Below, one piece after another: positions 38,461 through 52,584 of a DNA stretch of 64,000 bases. The DNA comes from Octopus bimaculoides (Eukaryota), in NCBI RefSeq assembly GCF_001194135.2, contig NC_068982.1, positions 59,594,910 through 59,658,909 of the forward strand. The letters run 5' to 3'. The notes beneath the pieces are model-generated. The model was not told the DNA's origin. It ran no database searches and saw only the letters and a program-made list of their open reading frames with translations. Made by a program: the position numbers and the translations under genes. Within the stretch, counting starts at the first letter, position 1, and every line of letters starts with the position of its first letter.

Positions 38461-41400
38461 CTATCTCACAAAATATTGCTTAATGTTCAAAGTTATGGTA
38501 GCAGACACTTGACATACAGTCAATTTGAAACTGAAATCATAGGGTTTAGCATAGTGAACATTTTAACCACACATCTACGCCTGCATCCATATGTTTTGAT
38601 TAAAGCATATGGTAATCAAAGAAAGGTTATGAGTTCATACCCTGCAATATTCAACATATTGCACACCTAGGTAAATTACTTTACTTTGCCTCATTCATTT
38701 CAGGTGAAAATATATGCTTATTCTCATTTCATGGTTCAATGGTCAGAATTAAGAAGATTGCCCTAACTGTTAAAACACCTGCTCTACCAATTCATCCAAA
38801 TCCTTTGACTTTGCTAGTGGTGCCCGAAACTGATGTGAAATCATTTAAATTCAGTTTCAACAGGATGTTTTATTAAACTTCTCCTTTCCCACCTCTTCCT
38901 CTTCATCATCTCTTTCATCATCATCACTTTTAAATCTGTCCTAATTATCTTTCCCTACTCATCTTTATAATCACTACAATGAGGATCATGATGATGATGA
39001 CGATCATAATAATAATGATGATGATGATGATAATAATAAGTAATGAGTTTTCCTTTTAGTTTCTATTCAGTTTATTAAGCCATTGGCTAAAATTATTTAA
39101 CAGCACCAACGCCACTGAAATCATTCCTGCTCCTCCTTCTCCTCTGCCTCTTCCTTCCCCCCATCATACACCTACTTACCAATTTAAGTTCTATTTTCCA
39201 AAAATCACATCTGTTCAAATATTTGAGTGAAGGAAGCATGAAATAAAACAACGAAGTTGGTTTTGTTCAATTATCTCTTTTGTTACATTACTAAATTTTA
39301 TGGGATACACATCCTTTCTTGACATTGGTAAAATTTTTAAAAGAAAACTAATAAGAAAAAAACTGATTTTGCTAATTTTATTTTCTTCCTTTCATTCTTT
39401 TTTTTTTTACCAACAAAGACCAAATTCTTGTTTCCAGTATCCTACATTGTGTAGAATATAACACTATAAGTCTTTTGTCTATTAGCCTTTTGTCTGTAAG
39501 TCAGACTAAACTTTTATACCTTCCCATACAAAAATAAAGTCTCTTCTTCTAACTACAGTGAATACTGCATAAAAATGATTGATGTTTCAATAAGATTATG
39601 TGCTAGCAGCGCTAACATAAGAAAGAATTAGAACTGGATAATATCTTAATATCTTTATACAAAACTCAAGAAGTAAATACACAAGTAAATAAGCATATAA
39701 ATTACCAAATGAATAAATAAATCAGCTAATTAAATGTAAATTGTTGTCAATTTGAAAAAAATTTGCAAAGGCTTTTCTTTATATTTACCTTCTTAAAAGT
39801 TTTACATGATAAAATCCACATTAATAGACTAAACTAATTAAAATAAACTACTTCTGTGTCAATCAAATCAGCCAAGTTATCTATCGGTTTCCTATCTTCT
39901 GGGTAAGGGTTGTTGCTGTATTTTTTTATTTGGGGTTTTGGTTTTGGAAACCAGTATGCTTTTATGGCACAACCCTCTCTAATCGTATTTGGAGTTTGTG
40001 GTTAAACCTTGGTTTCATCCCACTAAGATAATACCAACAGCCACTAAAAGAAGCCATTAGAAGAGTTTCTGTTCTATTGTACCATGTCAGCTCATTCCAA
40101 TTTGGCATAGTCCAGTTTGCTTTTTGGCGGCATTTTATGCAGTTTATTTGAAGCAACCTTGATTCCGAGATAACCTCTGTCTGTCAACCTTCAGATGCAC
40201 TATCTTTAAATTCATATGTTCTGAGAAGATGCTGGTCACGTGAAAAGCACCTAGCACACTCTGTAAAATGGTTGGCATTAGGAAGGGTATCCCGCCATAG
40301 AAACCAACCGAAAACAAACTATGTAACCTGGTGTGGCCTCCAGCCTTGCCAGTTGCTGTCAAGTTATGCACCCAGGCCAGCATGGAGAATGGATGTTAAA
40401 TGTTGATGATGATGATATACATATATATTTAATTATTGAAGAACAAAATTAGAATGATGTTTCTGAATTTATAATCATGGATAGTATAACATTTTGACAA
40501 NNNNNNNNNNTTTTTTTTTTTTTTTTTTTTTTAATACTTTTGAAATGACATGAAGCTATAATAAAGATGAAACACTGTATCGTATCTTTATTCACTTTAT
40601 CAAGTATCAAAACTTGTGTATATATAGATATATACAAACTAACATTTTTTTTTATATATATATACATATATATAAGCATCAAATGTGTATTGTATGGTAC
40701 AAATAAGATGATATTTTTTCAAACACAGTTTGCTGACAAATTTTTCCCCTTTGTAAGGATAATGTTTACTCAGTATTTCTGCTGCTCTGACAGCAATTCT
40801 GTGTTTGAAAAAAATATTATCTTATTTGTATCAAAAATTGTATTTGGGTAATTACATTCACATTGACAAGCACAGTTATACATACAGCCATAAATATTTA
40901 CATGAATTAATTAAAATGTACTCATACATTTGGTCAAGATTATACTACAACCTCCAGAAATACATGAGGCGGTGGTGGTGTAGTCTCCTACATACAATGA
41001 ACGATCTGTTAACTGTTTAGTCTCAGTCTGAATCATTCTAAATCTCTCAGTGATTGCTGTTTCTTCCTGGTGTCTTTTATTAACACTGTAATACGATTTT
41101 TGTCCTTGGTAGCAACCATTATTTCCTAGTATATTTGCTTACCCCTACAAAGTATAAAAAATAGTCAATATATCCTTCACACTTTACATTTCTTACATTT
41201 ATTCAAACCCCCAAAGAATCCTTCTCAACACATGGCTATGATGCTCCCCCCACTACTCCTGCTCATGATCAGAAATGCACATATTGTCAGCCACTAAAGG
41301 ACATGCTCAAATGGTTGAGCTCAAGCAATTGTCAAGCAAATCTGTGGTATTGAGCAGAACATTTGCTATAACGCTATTTCAGCTTCAGCAACTCAGTGCT

Positions 41401-41946
41401 GAATGTTTGAAATGTAATGGAAATTGATTAGTTTCAAAACATTGATGTCCAGGTCATAAAAGCAAAACTTGAAGGGAATAGTAGTCATGTCCTTTGATTT
41501 CTAGATGAAAGCAAATAGGAAATAGCACTTATTGACCAAAAACAAAAAAAAATTGTTACACAGTGTTATTTCATACATTATATGATGGTTATAAATGACC
41601 AACATCATACAAGCAATGTTATTCATTTCAAATCTCCTATGAAAAACATGTCTGAACATAGGTGCTTGGAAGTAGGTGAGGGTTGGTGGCAGGAAAGGCA
41701 TTCTGCTGTAGTAAATCTGCCTCAACAAATTCGGTCTGACCCATGCAAGCACAATAAAATGAAACTAAATGCTGATGATGATTGTCATCATCATTATTAT
41801 CAACCGTCTCATTTTTATGAATATTTTCCATGGGGTTATTAATTAGATTGACATAACGTTTGTCCAGGCAGCACCACAATCCTGCATCAATTTCATGTTA
41901 ACTAACGACTTTATTACATGTCTTGTTCATTCTGCTTCTGCTACAG

Positions 41947-42081
41947 TAAATCGAACTACGACGTAGGTGCCACTGAAACAGCCTTCATAAAACTCCTCCT
42001 GCCCCATCTTACTCAGCTGTTTATCCTACCCATAGGATATGTGGACATATTACAGTGGACATCATGTCATCTCACATTATG
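41947..42081 (+). CDS. Candidate 135-nt internal exon, product unknown
   Basis: Branch-like ctaac about 45 nt upstream, pyrimidine tract and cag|, donor tg|gtaatt; single open frame KSNYDVGATETAFIKLLLPHLTQLFILPIGYVDILQWTSCHLTL (phase 2-2). It could instead be a decayed LINE RT segment (LLPHLTQLF). Confidence 0.3.
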
Positions 42082-42730
42082 GTAATTCTAAGTCTATCAT
42101 TTACAATATCTTCATCCAACACTATGTAGATATATGTAGGCATGTACATTTACTCACACATAATGTTTATTTCGAAGTTGTTATTTTAAAAGTATTTTAA
42201 GAGTAACAGCAAAACATTTATGATGGAGTATTCAATACCAAATGTAGAGTCATATTTATGATAAAAGCAGCTAAAATTTTCACTTAATACCTTAGAGTTA
42301 GACAAGCTTTATATGCAAAACTTGATGTCAGTCAAAATTATGTGTATACATGTGTGTATGTGTGCATGCATGTGTATGTGTGCATGCGTGTGTATGTGTA
42401 TGTGTGTACAACATGCATGTGCATGTATTTGTGCATAGTTGTATGCATGTTTGTGTGGACGTGTTTCTGTATGTAAGTTCAAAGTATGTCTTGATTAGCA
42501 TTAAAAACAGCTTCCCAACACACAATTCAATGTGGAAACATCTATAGTCATTCCACCTACTAGATATAGTATCCAAATCTGCTTCAAATTACAAAGCACC
42601 ATGTGTTGGCTAATGTAGTTCTACGAATATATTTACTTGCAAATGCAATCTGGTATGATACTTATTTTAGAATTTTTTTTTTCCTTAGTGAAGTTATTAA
42701 ATAATGGATGTAAGAAGACACAAAAGCAAC

Positions 42731-42937
42731 ACTCTTTTACTTGTTTCAGCCATTTGACTGGCCATGCTGAAGCACCACCTTTAGTCGAGAAAATTGACTC
42801 CAGGACTTATTTTTTGTAAGCCTAGTACTTATTCTATCACTCTCTTTTGCCGAACCGCTAAGTTACGGGGACATAAACACACCACCATCGGTTGTCAAGC
42901 GATGGTGGTGGGGACAAACACAGAAACACAAACATAT

Positions 42938-42974
<37 letters not shown>

Positions 42975-43510
42975 AATATACATATATACGACGGACTTCT
43001 TTCAGTTTCCATCTACCAAATCCACTAACAAGGCTTTGGTCGGTCTGAGGCTATAGTAGAAGACACTTGCCCAAGGTGCCACGCAGTGGGACTGAACCTG
43101 AAACCATGTGGTTGGTAAGTAAGCTACTTTCCACACAGCCACTCCTGACAAATTCAAGTCAAGTGAATCAAACTCCAGTACTTATTTTTATATTAAGCCT
43201 AGTACTTATTCTATCAGTCTCTTTTTGATGAACTTCCAAGTTATGGGGATGCAAACACAACAACACTGGTTGTCAAGTGATGGTGGTGGGGGACAAACAC
43301 AGACAATAATACACACATATAGATATTCCTGCGTACACACACACACATACATATGACAGGCTTCTTTCAGTTTCCTTCTACCAAATCCACTCATAAGTCT
43401 TTGATTGGTTAGGGGCTATAGTAAAAAATATTCCAAGATGCCATGCAGTGGAACTGAATCCAGATCCATGTGGTTGGGAAGCAAACTTCTTACCACACAG
43501 TCATGCCTGT
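42731..43510 (-). mobile_element. Two tandem SINE family B copies (young full-length 42731-43146; older 43160-43510)
   Basis: The first copy retains CpGs (gccgaaccgctaagttacgggg; gtgccacgcagtgggactgaacc). Confidence 0.92.
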
Positions 43511-43964
43511 GTCTATTAACATTTTTTTACACATACACACTTACAAACTTCAAGAATGACTTCTTGAAGCTTCATCTCAATTCACTGTAGTAGTGGACAG
43601 GTTACTTTGTTGCACCATGCTTGCAGCACAGCAGTGTAGTTTACAAGAAATTATTAACAGCATTAGATTCTCAAAGATAGGAATTCTAATGGTTACAAGT
43701 AAAGGGAGTTGCATAAACTTCCATTTTACTGATACAGTTTGTGACATGCAGAATAGGTGCTAACAAAATGTGGTGAACAAGAACAATATAGTTTTAATTA
43801 AGGAAGATTGTATTCTTATCAAGGAAAAGCAAACATTGTTGAACAATATTGAACTTAACAAAGCAAAAGAACGAATAATAATACAACAAAACATTGAAAT
43901 ATTTTTTTCAGATATTTGATGCACCAAAATCCCAATAGATTTAAATTGGAATTAGGTAATGCAG

Positions 43965-44232
43965 TAAAAACATGTGACCTAGTGGTTAAATCATTATGCT
44001 GGTGATCATAAGTTTGTGGTTTCAATGCCTGGGCTGGGCAGTACATTGTGTCCTTGGGCAATGCACTTCATTTCATGTTGGTCCAGTTCGCTCTGCTGAA
44101 AACGAGTTGCATCTTTGAAACAAAAATTTTATGGACGTAAGATGCCAACAGTCTTCAATGGCTACAGCACTCTGGACGATTGGCAGTGTTCCAGCATAGC
44201 CACTGCCTTAGGGCTGAAAGATATAAACGAAT
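43965..44232 (+). mobile_element. SINE family C head and core with a family B-like 3' tail
   Basis: tgacctagtgg...ggtttcaatgcc...gtccttgggcaatgcacttcatttcatg, then cagtgttccagcatagccactgcc...gctgaaagatataaacg. Confidence 0.6.
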
Positions 44233-44599
44233 AAACCAGGAGCAAATAGTAAGAACTTTCGCATCCATAGTGACAACTCTGGACATGTTTCTGTTTCAGC
44301 AAAGCATAATACTGACCAATTAGTGTTTATATATATATGTCCTTTCATGAACATCACAATGTATCAATGGATAGTCTGGCAACATACAAATCCACAACCT
44401 TTGCACCCATCAAGATTTAAACAGAATTGCAGAAATTATGATTCACTGCTGACTAAGTAATAGCCGCACTGTGAAAATGGTGTGTGTTTCCTTAGTTTGC
44501 GATATTGTGTTAAATTCTTTCGAGAAAAAAACCTTCTAGAAACAGATCAGTATCATTTCCAGGTAATTGATTTATTAATTATCTACTTAATGGGATAGT

Positions 44600-44986
44600 G
44601 GAGGCGCAATGGCCCAGTGGTTAGGGCAGCGGACTCGCAGTCATAGGATCATGGTTTTGATTCCCAGACCGGGCATTGTGAGTGTTTATTGAGCGAAAAC
44701 ACCTAAAAAGCTCCACGAGGCTCCAGCAGGGGGTGGGGGTGGCGAACCCTGCTGTACTCTTTCACCACAACTTTCTCTCAGTCTTACTTCCTGTTTCTGT
44801 TGTGCCTGTAATTCAAAGGGTCAGCCTTGTCACACTGTGTCACGCTGAATATCCCCGAGAACTACGTTAAGGGTACACGTGTCTGTGGAGTGCTCAGCCA
44901 CTTGCACGCTAATTTCACGAGCAGGCTGTTCTGTTGATCGGATCAACTGGAACCCTCGATGTCGTAAGCGATGGCGTGCCAACAAC
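44600..44986 (+). mobile_element. Full-length tRNA-derived SINE family D with (AAC) end
   Basis: ggaggcgcaATGGCCCAGTGGttagggcagcggactcg...GGTTTTGATTCCC; CpG-rich; 3' module aaagggtcagccttgtcacac...ccaacaac. Confidence 0.9.
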
Positions 44987-45124
44987 TTAGAGAGAGATAA
45001 ATGGTGATAGATTTTTGGATCTATATGGATCTACAGGGTTTGGAAAGGAATAGTTCTACTTTTTGTCATTTTCTTGCTTGATCTTGTATAATATATTTGA
45101 ATAACTCTGAGTTACGTGTGAAAG

Positions 45125-45320
45125 GTGGCAGTATATGGCCTAGTGGTTGATGATGGTGGCGGTCCATTCATGCTCATGAGATGGTGGCTAGTATCAGCTC
45201 ATGATCATAAGGAGGTTGTGGTTTCAATTCCTGAGCTCAGTGGTGCATTTCTACCCTTGAGTAAGTCACTTCATTTCAAAGTGATCCAGCTTACTCAACT
45301 AAAGATTAGTACCAGTCAGG
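45125..45320 (+). mobile_element. SINE family C, decayed
   Basis: atggcctagtgg...ggtttcaattcc...cccttgagtaagtcacttcatttca. Confidence 0.55.
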
Positions 45321-46383
45321 TACTGGTGCAGCCCTCTATCTTCCTCCAGCTATCATGTCCAGGTTATTGACAAGATCAAGAGTGAGGGAACCAAGAGGTG
45401 GGATGTATGTCAGTTATTGACTATATAGGCACTTGAAACAATTAGTGAAAGAATAGTACACATTACCAAGCCAGACTCAGTTTAGAATGGCAGTTGGCTG
45501 CACTGTACGTGTGATAGGTTTTAACAGATATGTCATGTTTCTATGATAATAGTGTCATACATCAGTAACACTGCTGTAGTCTCATTTCATTTCCTTCATT
45601 CAGTTTGAATAGTCTCAAACTCATAATTAAAAAATTTCCTGTTCTGGCATTTGGTGAACTAGAATCAATAAGTAAAAATAATAATAATAATAATAAAATA
45701 TATAAACATATTAAGTGATTTATTAAAAATAAATGTAAAATAAAAGAATGTTTTGACTGAGATTGAACTTAAGACAAACATGACTGCACGAGTCTATGGG
45801 AAGTAAGAACCCCAAATCAAAATTCTAAGCTAATAGAGAAACCAAACTAGACAAGATATCAATCATTCTTTTGTTAAATGCAATCTTCTTAGTTCTGTAA
45901 AATGAAGTCAAACAAAGGAAAGATGAAAAAATCTGGCACGAATTTTACCCAAGCAGTCTCAAAGACACTTAATGGAAATTAAGGCATGGATGAAGCAAAA
46001 ATCACCCAACCCGAGTGTTTATTTGTTTCTGTGGCTTCATACCACCAACATTGATTATTTATGGTAAATCATTTTTGCAGATGAACCAACAGACAATGAT
46101 TTTCTTTTGCAGATTTACTTCTCTATTTTTGTTTTTTCTTTTTACTTTGTTATGAATTGGTTTTCTAGTAGGATACAGTTTTAAACACGCATACATATGC
46201 ACATGCATACATACATACATATATACACACATACTTTTCTTCAGCAACTCATTTTGAATTGTTACTTTGGTGGCAGGTTTTGTCCAAAAAATTACTAAGT
46301 ATTATACCAGTCTAGTAATATTTTACATATTAACAACTATAGGCTAGTGTATTGGCTTGTGTATGCACACACATACATACCTA

Positions 46384-46415
<32 letters not shown>

Positions 46416-46544
46416 TTTTGTGTTTGTGAATGCATGTCTTCAAAATGCCAGCATTATGTAAGTCATGTCATTGTGTGTGTGGTCGAATGTCATGGAAAAG
46501 AATGGTAAAAAATTATGACTTTCCAATGAATTTGCATTTTTTAG

Positions 46545-46945
46545 CTTTTACTTGTTTCAGTCGTTAGACTGTGACCATGCTGTAGCACTGCTTTGAAAAA
46601 TTGTTTGTTGAACAAATCAACCCCAGTATCTATTTGTTTTAAGTGGCACTTATTCTATCAGTCATTTCTGCTGAACTGCTAAGTTGCAGGGATGTAAACA
46701 CACCAACACCAACTATCAAGCAGTAGTGTGGTACAAACTCAGATATTAAGGCACACACATAGATATACATATATATACATATATATACAATGGACTTTTT
46801 TCAGTTTCTGCCTACCAAATCCACTTGCAAGAGTTTAATCAGCTTCAGGCTAAAGTAGAAAACACTTGCCTAAAGTACCACATAATGGGACTGAACCGAG
46901 AACCATGAGATAGGGAAACAAACTTTTTACCACACAGTCACTTCT
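46545..46945 (-). mobile_element. SINE family B
   Basis: ttttacttgtttcagtcgttagactg...actttttaccacacagtca. Confidence 0.85.
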
Positions 46946-47681
46946 GCACATACATTATTTTATTTGTTTCAGTCATTTTACTGTGGCCATGCTGAAGCAC
47001 TGCCTTTTATGATCTCACTTGGCTTCACAGGTCTATACAAGCACAGTATATCACCAAAAGATCTCAGTCACCTGACAGTGCTTCTGTGAGGCCCAATGCT
47101 CGAATGGTGCTTTTTACAACACACTGATATCAGTGCTAGTCAGACGGCACTGGCATTGGGCACACTTGTTTTGACAGGTCTTTTCAAGCACAGCATATCG
47201 CCCAATGTTTGTAATTATTTAAAATAAATCTTTGAAAGTATTTAAAATAATCATAAACTATTTGCATTAGACCAAGACACAACATGTAACAAACAGAGGT
47301 GATGGTGAGTGAAAAGTATAGTTTTTTTCCTTTCATTACTTAGCCTGTGTGTAATGCTTCCACATGATTAGTTGAAGGAAAAGGCAAAAAGCACAAGAAA
47401 AAAGAGAGAAAAAGAGGGTAAAGTGAAGAGTGAGAGAGAAAGAGGGAGTGTGCTGTGTATGAAGTCTATAAAATTGTGTATAAAACATATAAAGTGTATA
47501 TATGAAATGCATTAAGTAATCATTGTATTCTGATTTCCTTCACTTTTCAATGATTAGTGACTATCTTTTTATACAGACACAACACAGCTTTCAGGTTTTT
47601 TGGATAAATTTTCAGAAATAACCCAGTAAGTTTGCCATTAACTCTGTTAAATATCTATGGGTCCAGCTAGTTATAATGATA

Positions 47682-47850
47682 ATGGTTTCAAATTTTGGTC
47701 CAAGGACAACAATTTTATGGTGATGGAGTGGTTAGTTGATTCCAATGACTTCAGTGCATAACTGGTACTAGTTTCTTTACAGACCCTAGTGCATAACTGG
47801 TACTAGTTGCTTTAAAGACCCTGAAAAGATAAAAGGCGAAGTTGACCTCA
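47682..47850 (-). mobile_element. SINE family A, 3' part, with a 35-bp internal tandem duplication
   Basis: agtgcataactggtactagtt...agaccct at 47753-47787 and 47788-47822. Confidence 0.75.
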
Positions 47851-48788
47851 ATAATAAGTAAATAAATAATTTCTAAGTAAATATAGATGTTGAAACAAAT
47901 CTTAAGAAATACAGAAAAACGATTAATTTTGTGGGCATGTATGTTGCAATGTGGCACAGATTGTTACCTAAATGAAGAATTTCTTGTGTCATCCATTTTA
48001 TTTATTTGGTTTCACTGTAGAGCAACCAAAGATTAACAAGCTTTTACAAATTCTTGTGAGAATGCCTTTTAAGCATAACTTGTACTATCTGGAATGATTC
48101 AGTTTTAGTGTAAAAATTGAGCCTGTTATAAAGAATCTCACTTGTTCTCTACTTTAGCAACAATCCCATTCTCTATTTTATATAGTGTTGAAGAAAATCA
48201 AACATGATTAGAGATTTCTACTATTTATAAGACTTGTTTATGACATATGCTTGTGTAAAAATGTATGTTTATATTCAGCGATGGTTGAATTTATAACATC
48301 TATTCATCACACCTAAAAATTGCCAGTGTGGTACTAAAGAGAATGTATTTTTTATAGCCTACTTCGATCAGAGTAGAGACTTCAAGGTTGCATATGAGAT
48401 AGATATTCAACTAGTAAGCCAAATATTCTCTAAGTTTATTTGACATTTATCCAATCATAAATGCCCAAATCTATCTGGCAGGAATCATCGTACATACAAA
48501 CAAAGAGACCATTGATCCACAGCTATTTAGAGTATTCCTATCATGTAGCTAAGCCCACACATCAGACAGAATGGTGCTACAAGAGTTTTATAGAATTAAT
48601 GGAAGAAAAACAAATGGATTGTTCAATATTTTTCTTTTTAAGTCAGTCAGTACAAGATCAATGTCAAGTGTATTAGTATTTTGTTAACAAAGAAGATTCT
48701 AATGGGAACAAGGCAAGCTTAAGAATGTGAAAAGCCATATTAGACTGGTTATTTATTTTTTTAATTTTAATTGCCATGTCCTTCTCAG

Positions 48789-48815
48789 GTATATTCTTTT
48801 ACCTTCAATGTCCCG
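48789..48815 (+). CDS. Candidate 27-nt micro-exon
   Basis: Strong acceptor ttgccatgtccttctcag| and consensus donor ccg|gtaagt. All three frames are open, so the product is undetermined. Confidence 0.25.
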
Positions 48816-49216
48816 GTAAGTGCTAATGAGTAATGTGTCACACTAAAGATAATGAGATGTCCAATGCAATCAGGTGTATAGAAAGATAAACTATTTTATT
48901 GACCATCAGTGCAACAGTAAGTCTTACAAAGAAGTATTGAGTCAACAGCATGAAATGGAGATGAAAAAAGAATGTAATCTTTTTATTTAATTTTTTTTTC
49001 TTTTTTAATTTCCTTTTGTACCCAAAGAATGCACAAAGCGTCATGAAAGTTTATTTGATTTAGAAAAGAATTCTATAAAATATCAGCCATATATTTCGTG
49101 CAATAATTTTTCACAAGTTGGTGTAAACCTCATTTAATCTTCAAAAGGCAACTGTGAAAGTGAGCAGAAACTGAGTTTATAATAATTATAATAATAATTA
49201 TTATATAATAATAATG

Positions 49217-49467
49217 AAGGTGGCGCGCTGGCACAAGGCAGCGCGCTGGCAGAAACGTTAGCATGCCAGGTGAAATGCTTAGCGGTATTTCGTCTGCCAT
49301 TACATTCTGAGTTCAAATTTCGCTGAGGTCGGCTTTGCCTTTCATCCTTTCGGGGTCGATAAATTAAGTACCAGTTATGCACTGGGGTCGATATAATCAA
49401 CTTAATGCCTTTGTCTGTCCTTGTTTGTTCCCTCTATGTTTAGCCCCTTGTGGGCAATAAAGAAATA
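49217..49467 (+). mobile_element. Full-length SINE family A (AATAAAGAAA-type tail) with a 23-bp flanking direct repeat
   Basis: agaaactgagtttataataatta (49166-88) and agaaactgattttataataatta (49468-90); duplicated head motif gcgcgctggca. Confidence 0.92.
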
Positions 49468-50060
49468 AGAAACTGATTTTATAATAATTACATATAAAAA
49501 AACGTGTACTTGTGTGCAAATGAATGATAGAGTCTTTCTCTGCAGTCATTCAGCCTGCTAGAAATAGCAGCTAAATTTTCTTCAAAAAGCTTGTGATAAT
49601 GATTGTGATATGATGAGTGACAACATTTAGGCCAATACCCAATCAGAAGCTTGGTTTGTTGAGACCAACATAGGAGAGAAATTTAAAGGATATTAAATGG
49701 ATGGTGAGAATATGACCCAGTGAGGATATTGAAATACCTGTAGTGTATTGCTCAAGTGTATGCTGTTTGGGGTGACACTTGAGTTTGCCCCCTCCTCTTC
49801 AACCTATAAGCCTATACAAATCAAAAATAAGAACAAAAATAAAAACAAGAACAACAAAAATCAAAAGGATGTACACATTGAATGTAATAGGTTGACACTC
49901 AATAGAAGATGGAATAAAAGAGGTGTGACATTTCAAGCATGGTTCTTAGTCAGAAAGAGGAAAGTTCTGGAGAGAAAGAAAAGAATAGTTTGAGAAAAAC
50001 ATGTTTTTCTTAGCTTGGACTGCTCTTTTCCTTCTCTCTGGTTCTTTCTTCTTTCCTCTT

Positions 50061-50090
50061 TCTGATGAAGAGCCATGCTCAAAATGTCAC
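50061..50090 (+). ncRNA. Degenerate Penelope-type hammerhead relic
   Basis: CTGATGA-a-gagc(cat)gctc-AAAATGTC. The expected GAAACGTC differs only at two CpG positions. Confidence 0.45.
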
Positions 50091-52070
50091 ACCCCTTCTT
50101 TTTTCCATCTTAAACTTTCTGAGCATCAACCTTATACATTCACTGTGTATGTCCTTTTGACTTTTGTTGGTTCTGGTTTCGTTTCTATTTTTGATTTGCC
50201 TATTATCACACACTCACACACATCTACGTTTTTCCAATGATGATCTAGAGTACTTAATTCTTGGTTTCAGAGTACCTACTTCTTGGATTTCCTTACACTG
50301 GAATACCTTACTCTTGGATTATGTTACCCTTTCGAGTTCCCACAGAGTACATTGTATTTGTATCTTTAATTATAAACCTATAAATTCTTATACTGCACAT
50401 CCAAAGAGTCACCTCTCTAAAAGTGTCACCCAAGGCACCCCTCACGCCCTGCAAGCTACATTACTGAGAAATATAAACATAATTGGTGGGGTTTGTACCA
50501 CCTTAATTTTTATTTCTTCAATTTCCAATTTATCCTTCTCATTAAAATTTATCATCAGAAAATGAAATCTATTTTTTATCATTAAATCATATTTAACTGA
50601 TTGTTGAAATTCAAATTGTTTTCTTATTTTTAATTTATTCTTTTTTCTGATTCTGACTAATTTTCTATATTGTTTCTTGTAGATAATTATTTAAATAAAA
50701 TTTGCCGATAGTCAATTTACTTATTGCATTGATAAGCCATACAATTTGTATGATTATTATCGCAAACAAAAGAAAAAAAAAATTCAAGAAATTTAGTCAA
50801 ACACTTTCTAACTATCTACAGTGGATGTCATTTAGAGAAAAACTAATCTTGGCTTTATTTTCAGTAGATTTCTGTGAGTAATGGAAGAAAATGGTTAAGA
50901 ACTAAATAAAAATGTAAGGCTTCCTATATATTCTTTTATTTTCTTGTTTAAATCTCCCCTCTCTCTTTTTCTAACTGTGTGTGTGTGTGTGTGCGTGTGT
51001 GTGTGTGTGTGTGGACATGTATATCTATTTGTATGCATGTATATTCATCTGTAATGGATAAAGTGTCTTTGTTACTTAAAGACAGTTAAAGTAGACAATT
51101 ATTCGCAAGAGCTAGTGATATGAGATAACAACATCATGCAAAATCAGTTAATAAAAAGGAACACACAAAAACAAAACAAAACTCCTATAAGTCTCCCAGA
51201 TATTAAAATAAAAGTCTATAAAAACAATCAATCAATAACTAAATTCAAACTGTGTTCTGCTATTTTACACAAACTGTCAATAAAGTAAATTTTAAATTCA
51301 ATTAAGAAATGGGCCTTAAATTTCACTTATTTTTTTCAAAAAAAAAAAAAAAANNNNNNNNNNNNNNNNNNNNNNNNNNNNNNNNNNNNNNNNNNNNNNN
51401 NNNNNNNNNNNNNNNNNNNNNNNNNNNNNNNNNNNNNNNNNNNNNNNNNNNNNNNNNNNNNNNNNNNNNNNNNNNNNNNNNNNNNNNNNNNNNNNNNNNN
51501 NNNNNNNNNNNNNNNNNNNNNNNNNNNNNNNNNNNNNNNNNNNNNNNNNNNNNNNNNNNNNNNNNNNNNNNNNNNNNNNNNNNNNNNNNNNNNNNNNNNN
51601 NNNNNNNNNNNNNNNNNNNNNNNNNNNNNNNNNNNNNNNNNNNNNNNNNNNNNNNNNNNNNNNNNNNNNNNNNNNNNNNNNNNNNNNNNNNNNNNNNNNN
51701 NNNNNNNNNNNNNNNNNNNNNNNNNNNNNNNNNNNNNNNNNNNNNNNNNNNNNNNNNNNNNNNNNNNNNNNNNNNNNNNNNNNNNNNNNNNNNNNNNNNN
51801 NNNNNNNNNNNNNNNNNNNNNNNNNNNNNNNNNNNNNNNNNNNNNNNNNNNNNNNNNNNNNNNNNNNNNNNNNNNNNNNNNNNNNNNNNNNNNNNNNNNN
51901 NNNNNNNNNNNNNNNNNNNNNNNNNNNNNNNNNNNNNNNNNNNNNNNNNNNNNNNNNNNNNNNNNNNNNNNNNNNNNNNNNNNNNNNNNNNNNNNNNNNN
52001 NNNNNNNNNNNNNNNNNNNNNNNNNNNNNNNNNNNNNNNNNNNNNNNNNNNNNNNNNNNNNNNNNNNNNN

Positions 52071-52107
<37 letters not shown>

Positions 52108-52584
52108 ATATTTATAATAATAAATACCAAAATGAATTTGTGTGTGTCAGTGTGTCACACTTTGACCCCCTCTCTCACTATTCAGTGACACTTCTATTCC
52201 TCATGCTGGGGTGAGAGTAATAGTAGGCATAGAGATGGTGAGGGAAGACAAAAAATGTTTATCATGACAAAAAAAATTGTAAAGAATTATAGATGTCCAA
52301 TCAGTAATGTTCTTCTATGTGTAACACCATTTTTCCAAAATCACCATAACAAATAAATGAAGCCCAGTCCTTGCAAATAAAGAATGTTTACCCTCTTTCT
52401 TGTTTAATTTACTTCTTTCATTGCTTTCCTATAATTATAAAATGTGTATATTTTAAAAATAACGAGATGCTCACGATTGTCAGAACGGATTCTATTGTGT
52501 GTCATATATATTTATAAAAAAAACAAAAACATCTTAAATAGAAGAATGTTTCCGACAAACTTTCATTTTATTTTTTATTCTTTG

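Noticed and set aside
44600-44672. tRNA gene
   Set aside because: No proper acceptor stem, and it continues directly into a SINE body, so it is a SINE head.
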